A stretch of 64,000 nucleotides of DNA from Camelus ferus (Eukaryota): NCBI RefSeq assembly GCF_009834535.1, contig NC_045698.1, forward strand, positions 1,800,001-1,864,000, read 5' to 3'. Positions 60,420 through 64,000 of this stretch are shown here, piece after piece. Both the position numbers and the translations under genes were made by a program. The notes below the pieces were generated by a model. It was not told the origin of the DNA. It worked only from the letters and a program-made list of their open reading frames with translations, and did no database searches. Position 1 is the stretch's first letter. The number at the start of each line of letters is the position of its first letter.

Positions 60420-63400
60420 CACTCATAGAGGACTGGACACAGCAGAAGAAAGGATTAGTGAATTCAAACACAGGCTAATAGAAAGTCTCCAAACTGAAAG
60501 ATAGAGACAGACAGAGAGAGAGAATAGAAATACACACGTGGGCTGTGGTCAAATCATCTCACATAAAGTACAGTTGGAGATCAGAAGAAGACCAGAAATA
60601 ATGGGCAGAAGAAACACTGGAAAAGATAATGACTAAGCATTTTACAAATTGATAAAAGAAAACATTAACCCACTGATTCTAGAAGCTCAGTGAACTCAAA
60701 GTAACAAAAACAAAACACAGTTCAACAAGAAAAACATATACCAAGGCACATCACGGTCAAATTCCCTAAAAAAACAAAGATAAAGAAAGAACAATCCTAA
60801 AGTAAGCTTAAGGCACAGAAAACATTGCACCAAAGGAGCAAGACTTAGAATTACAGATGACTTTTGAACAGAAGTTATGGAAGCCAGAAGACAACAGATG
60901 TTTAAAGAGTTGGGGGAAGTCTGCCAACCTAGAACTTATTTCCTGCAAATGTGCACTGTAACAAGTATTACAGAATGGTCTTCAGGATGAATAATAATAA
61001 TACCACATGGAAGCATGCAACTTCAGAAAAGACCAAAGAGCACCTGAAAATGCAAATATGTCAGTAAATATACAGAGCAATGTTGTCTGGCTAAAGCAAA
61101 AACAAATAATTATAATTTGAGACATTTGTAATCTATGGACCTATTAAATATATTACAAAAATAACACAAAAAGAGAGAGTAAATAAACTGTTGTAAGATT
61201 TTTTCTCAAAGTTCAGGAAATAGTAATCATATCTATTTAAAGTAAATCATAATTAGTCAAAGATGTCTATAGTAATTTTTAGGGTAACTACAAAAAAACT
61301 TAAAATATATATATATATATTCAAAAAAAATTAAACCAAAAAGAGATGAAAAAGAATTAAAGAATGGAACCAAAGAGGAAAAAAAATTGATAAAAAATAT
61401 CCAGGTGATTAACTTGAAACAAATATATAAGTAATTATGCTAAATGCAAGTAGATTAGACATTTCACTCAAACTGCAAAGACTGTCATTCTGGGAGAAAA
61501 TATAAGATCCAACTATGTGCTGCTTGCAAAAGGTGCACTGAGTATAAATGCAAAGAATGTACCATTACAGCATCTACAAACGTTAGAAAGATAACACCTT
61601 TGTCAATCAATTTGAAATGGACTTTCCTTGAGACTGATACATTCTTGAAAATATGCATTTTATTAGAATAAAACACTGACACAGGAATAAATACAGAATC
61701 TAATAAGTCCTATATCTGTCAGCAATATTGAATCTACAGTTGAAAACTTACCTGCCAACAACCTTCCGACCCAGAGAGCTTCACTGGTGAATTCTTCTAA
61801 GTATTTAAGGAAGTGGTAAGGCTATTATCCAAACTCTTCAGAAAACAGAGAAAATAGAAGCAATTCCCAACTCAATTTATGAGGCTGGCATAATCCTGAA
61901 ATAAAAATCTAAGAAGAACATTATGAGCAAATAAAATTATGGACCAGTATCTTTTATAAATATAGAAACAAAAATCCTGAGCAAAATGCTTGTAAAGAGA
62001 ATGAGTCTACATAAAATTAATAAAGTATCCTGGTTGTTGCAGGAATATATGTTTACTTGGATACCTGAAATTTAATCACTGTGATTTACCATATTAACAG
62101 AATAAAGGAGAAAAACCACATGATCATTTATTAGATTCACTAGAAGCAAATGTCTAATAAAATTCACAACCTGCTCTTAATAAAAACCTCCATCAAAGTA
62201 GAAATGGAAAGAAAAGCTTCCCAATATGGTAACAATTTAAAAACAAAACAAAACAAAAACAAAAACACCTGTAGTTGACATTTCACTTAAATATCAAAGC
62301 TTTCTTCTCTAAGATTGAGAGTAGTCTGAGAATGTTTGCTGTCAATACTTCTATTCAACAATCTTCTAGAAATGCAAGTACATTAAATAAGGCAAGAAAA
62401 AGAAACAAAAGTTGTGAAAATTGAAATAAAATTACTCTTTATTTACCATTATTACATTTGTAAAAAGTCTGAAACAATCTATAGACCAGTAAAGTTAATG
62501 TGAATTTTATAAGGACACTGAATTCAAAGTCAATGTAAAAACAGTGTTTTCATGTACAAGTATCAAACAATTGAAAAACAAATTTTTATTATTATTAGAG
62601 GTCAGCAAACTTTTTAAAGGGCCAGATAATGAATAATCCAGGGTTGTATACCACATATAGTTTCTATTGCATATTCTTTGTTCTCTCTTTTTTTTCTTGG
62701 TCTTTTAAAAACATGAGAATAATTCTTAGCTCACAGGTTGTACGGAAACAGGCTAGAGGCTCAATCTGGCCTGCGGGTCTCAGGTTGCTGACACCTGCTC
62801 ATAGCAACAAGGAATATTAAATACATAGGAATCAACTTGAGGGACGCTATGCATAACTTCTACACTGAAAACCAGAAAGCATAGCTGAAAGAAATTAAAG
62901 AATACACAGAGAAATGAAAAATATACTATGATTTGATAAGGATTACTTTCTCAAGTAATTGTCCTGTGAGAATTTCCTATCTGTATTAAAAAAGTGAAGA
63001 ACTTCTGTTTGTCAAAAAACTTCAAGAGAATGAAAAAAATAATAATAAGCCCCAGCTGGGAGAAAATATTTGCATTAAATATATCTGACAAATATCTCAC
63101 AACCAGGACATGTAAGAACTCTTACAACTCAGTAAGAAAAAGTAATCATCAAATTAGAACAGAGCAAAAGACTTACATAGGCTTTTTATAAAAGGATATT
63201 AAAAGGCCAATAAGCAAATGTACTTGGCATCATTAATCAGCAAGGACATGCAAATTAAAACCCATCATCTGAGACCCCTACACACCCACCATGAGGAATA
63301 AATGAGAAAGACAGGCAATTCCAAGTGTTGATCAGGATGCAAGGACAATGGAATTCTACTACATTATTTTTAGCAATAAATTTGTACAACCATTTGAGAT

Positions 63401-63954
63401 CTATTTGACAGTACCTACCCTAGCTAAATACACATCTGTACTGAACCAGCAATCCCATTCCTCAGTGTGGGCCCAAGAGAATTAGCCTGTCTGTCCACAA
63501 AAGGGTATAAAAATGTTTGTAGAAAATTTATTCATAATAAGCAAAAAATACAACAGGAAAACGAATAATAAATTATGGAGTCATAGACTGTAATACTATA
63601 TAACCATAAAAATAATGTAAAGCAATGATCTTGGTTCTACCTATGTGCGTGACTCCCACAAACCTTAGGCTGCACAATAAAAGCCATACACAAAAAAGCA
63701 CCTGCTGTATTGTATGAGTCTGCTTGTAGGGAGTTTGACATGAAACAAGATTGATCTATTGAGATAAAAGTCAAATAGTGGCTCTTTTTGGGCAGAGAAG
63801 GGATAAATTATACTCAATGTGTTTTGTCTACTATTGAACTGGGTGGTGGCTACAAAGCATATGGGAAGATGCAAATTCATCAATTTGTTCAGTGTACACT
63901 GAAGATGAGCATGCTTCACACTAATATTTATGCTTTTTTTCAAATTAAAAAAAA
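60420..63954 (+). mobile_element. Old, internally deleted LINE-1 (L1ME-like): ORF1, start of EN, RT, C-terminus and 3' UTR remnants; may extend 5' to ~59300
   Basis: ORF1 motifs (ggacacagcagaagaaaggattagtgaa, ccaaggcacatcacggtcaaa, atggaagccagaagaca). EN motif gatccaactatgtgctgcttgcaa (DPTMCCLQ, 61506). RT-region gcttcactggtgaattc, ttcccaactcaatttatgaggc. 3' UTR gtggtggctaca...gtacactgaagatg, then an A tail. Confidence 0.85.
62596..62797 (-). mobile_element. MER58-type (hAT-Charlie) non-autonomous DNA transposon inside the old L1
   Basis: Imperfect TIRs tagaggtcagcaaact ... aggttgctgacacctg. Internal aaagggccagata and attcttagctcacaggttgtacggaaacagg (MER58C-like). The 8-bp TSD is not recognisable. 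Confidence 0.8.
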
Positions 63955-64000
63955 GGAGATTCAGAAAATGAAAATAAAAGTATACTATTTTAAGAAATTT

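Noticed and set aside
1..64000. Assigning a specific host locus or gene symbol, or a novel multi-gene system
   Set aside because: There is no recognisable coding exon. The landscape fits several developmental-gene deserts, and naming one would need an alignment search that I cannot run.

Overview
Mammalian, non-coding, GC/CpG-rich genomic DNA. It is most likely camelid: three copies of a short tRNA-Ala-derived SINE resemble the camelid vic-1 type (inference from recalled consensus). No host protein-coding exon can be supported. The only ORFs with recognisable protein similarity are LINE-1 ORF2 remnants, and the rest of the ORF track looks like GC-rich or simple-repeat noise. The first ~600 bp resemble the end of a 3' UTR with a poly(A) signal. 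The remainder is intergenic or intronic sequence containing decayed L1, MaLR (MLT1), MIR, L2 and MER58 fossils, a young 5'-truncated L1 with a clean TSD (41798-43532), several mini- and microsatellites, and a short telomere-variant tract. Several AT-rich, apparently non-repetitive islands are dense in PBX/HOX, MEIS, ONECUT, SOX and FOX motifs, often arranged as palindromes, as expected for a developmental-gene enhancer landscape. I found no evidence for a novel multi-gene system. The most interesting signals are regulatory grammar, nested insertions and GC-shifted repeat decay. Repeat family calls come from recalled consensus features, and boundaries of old repeats are approximate.
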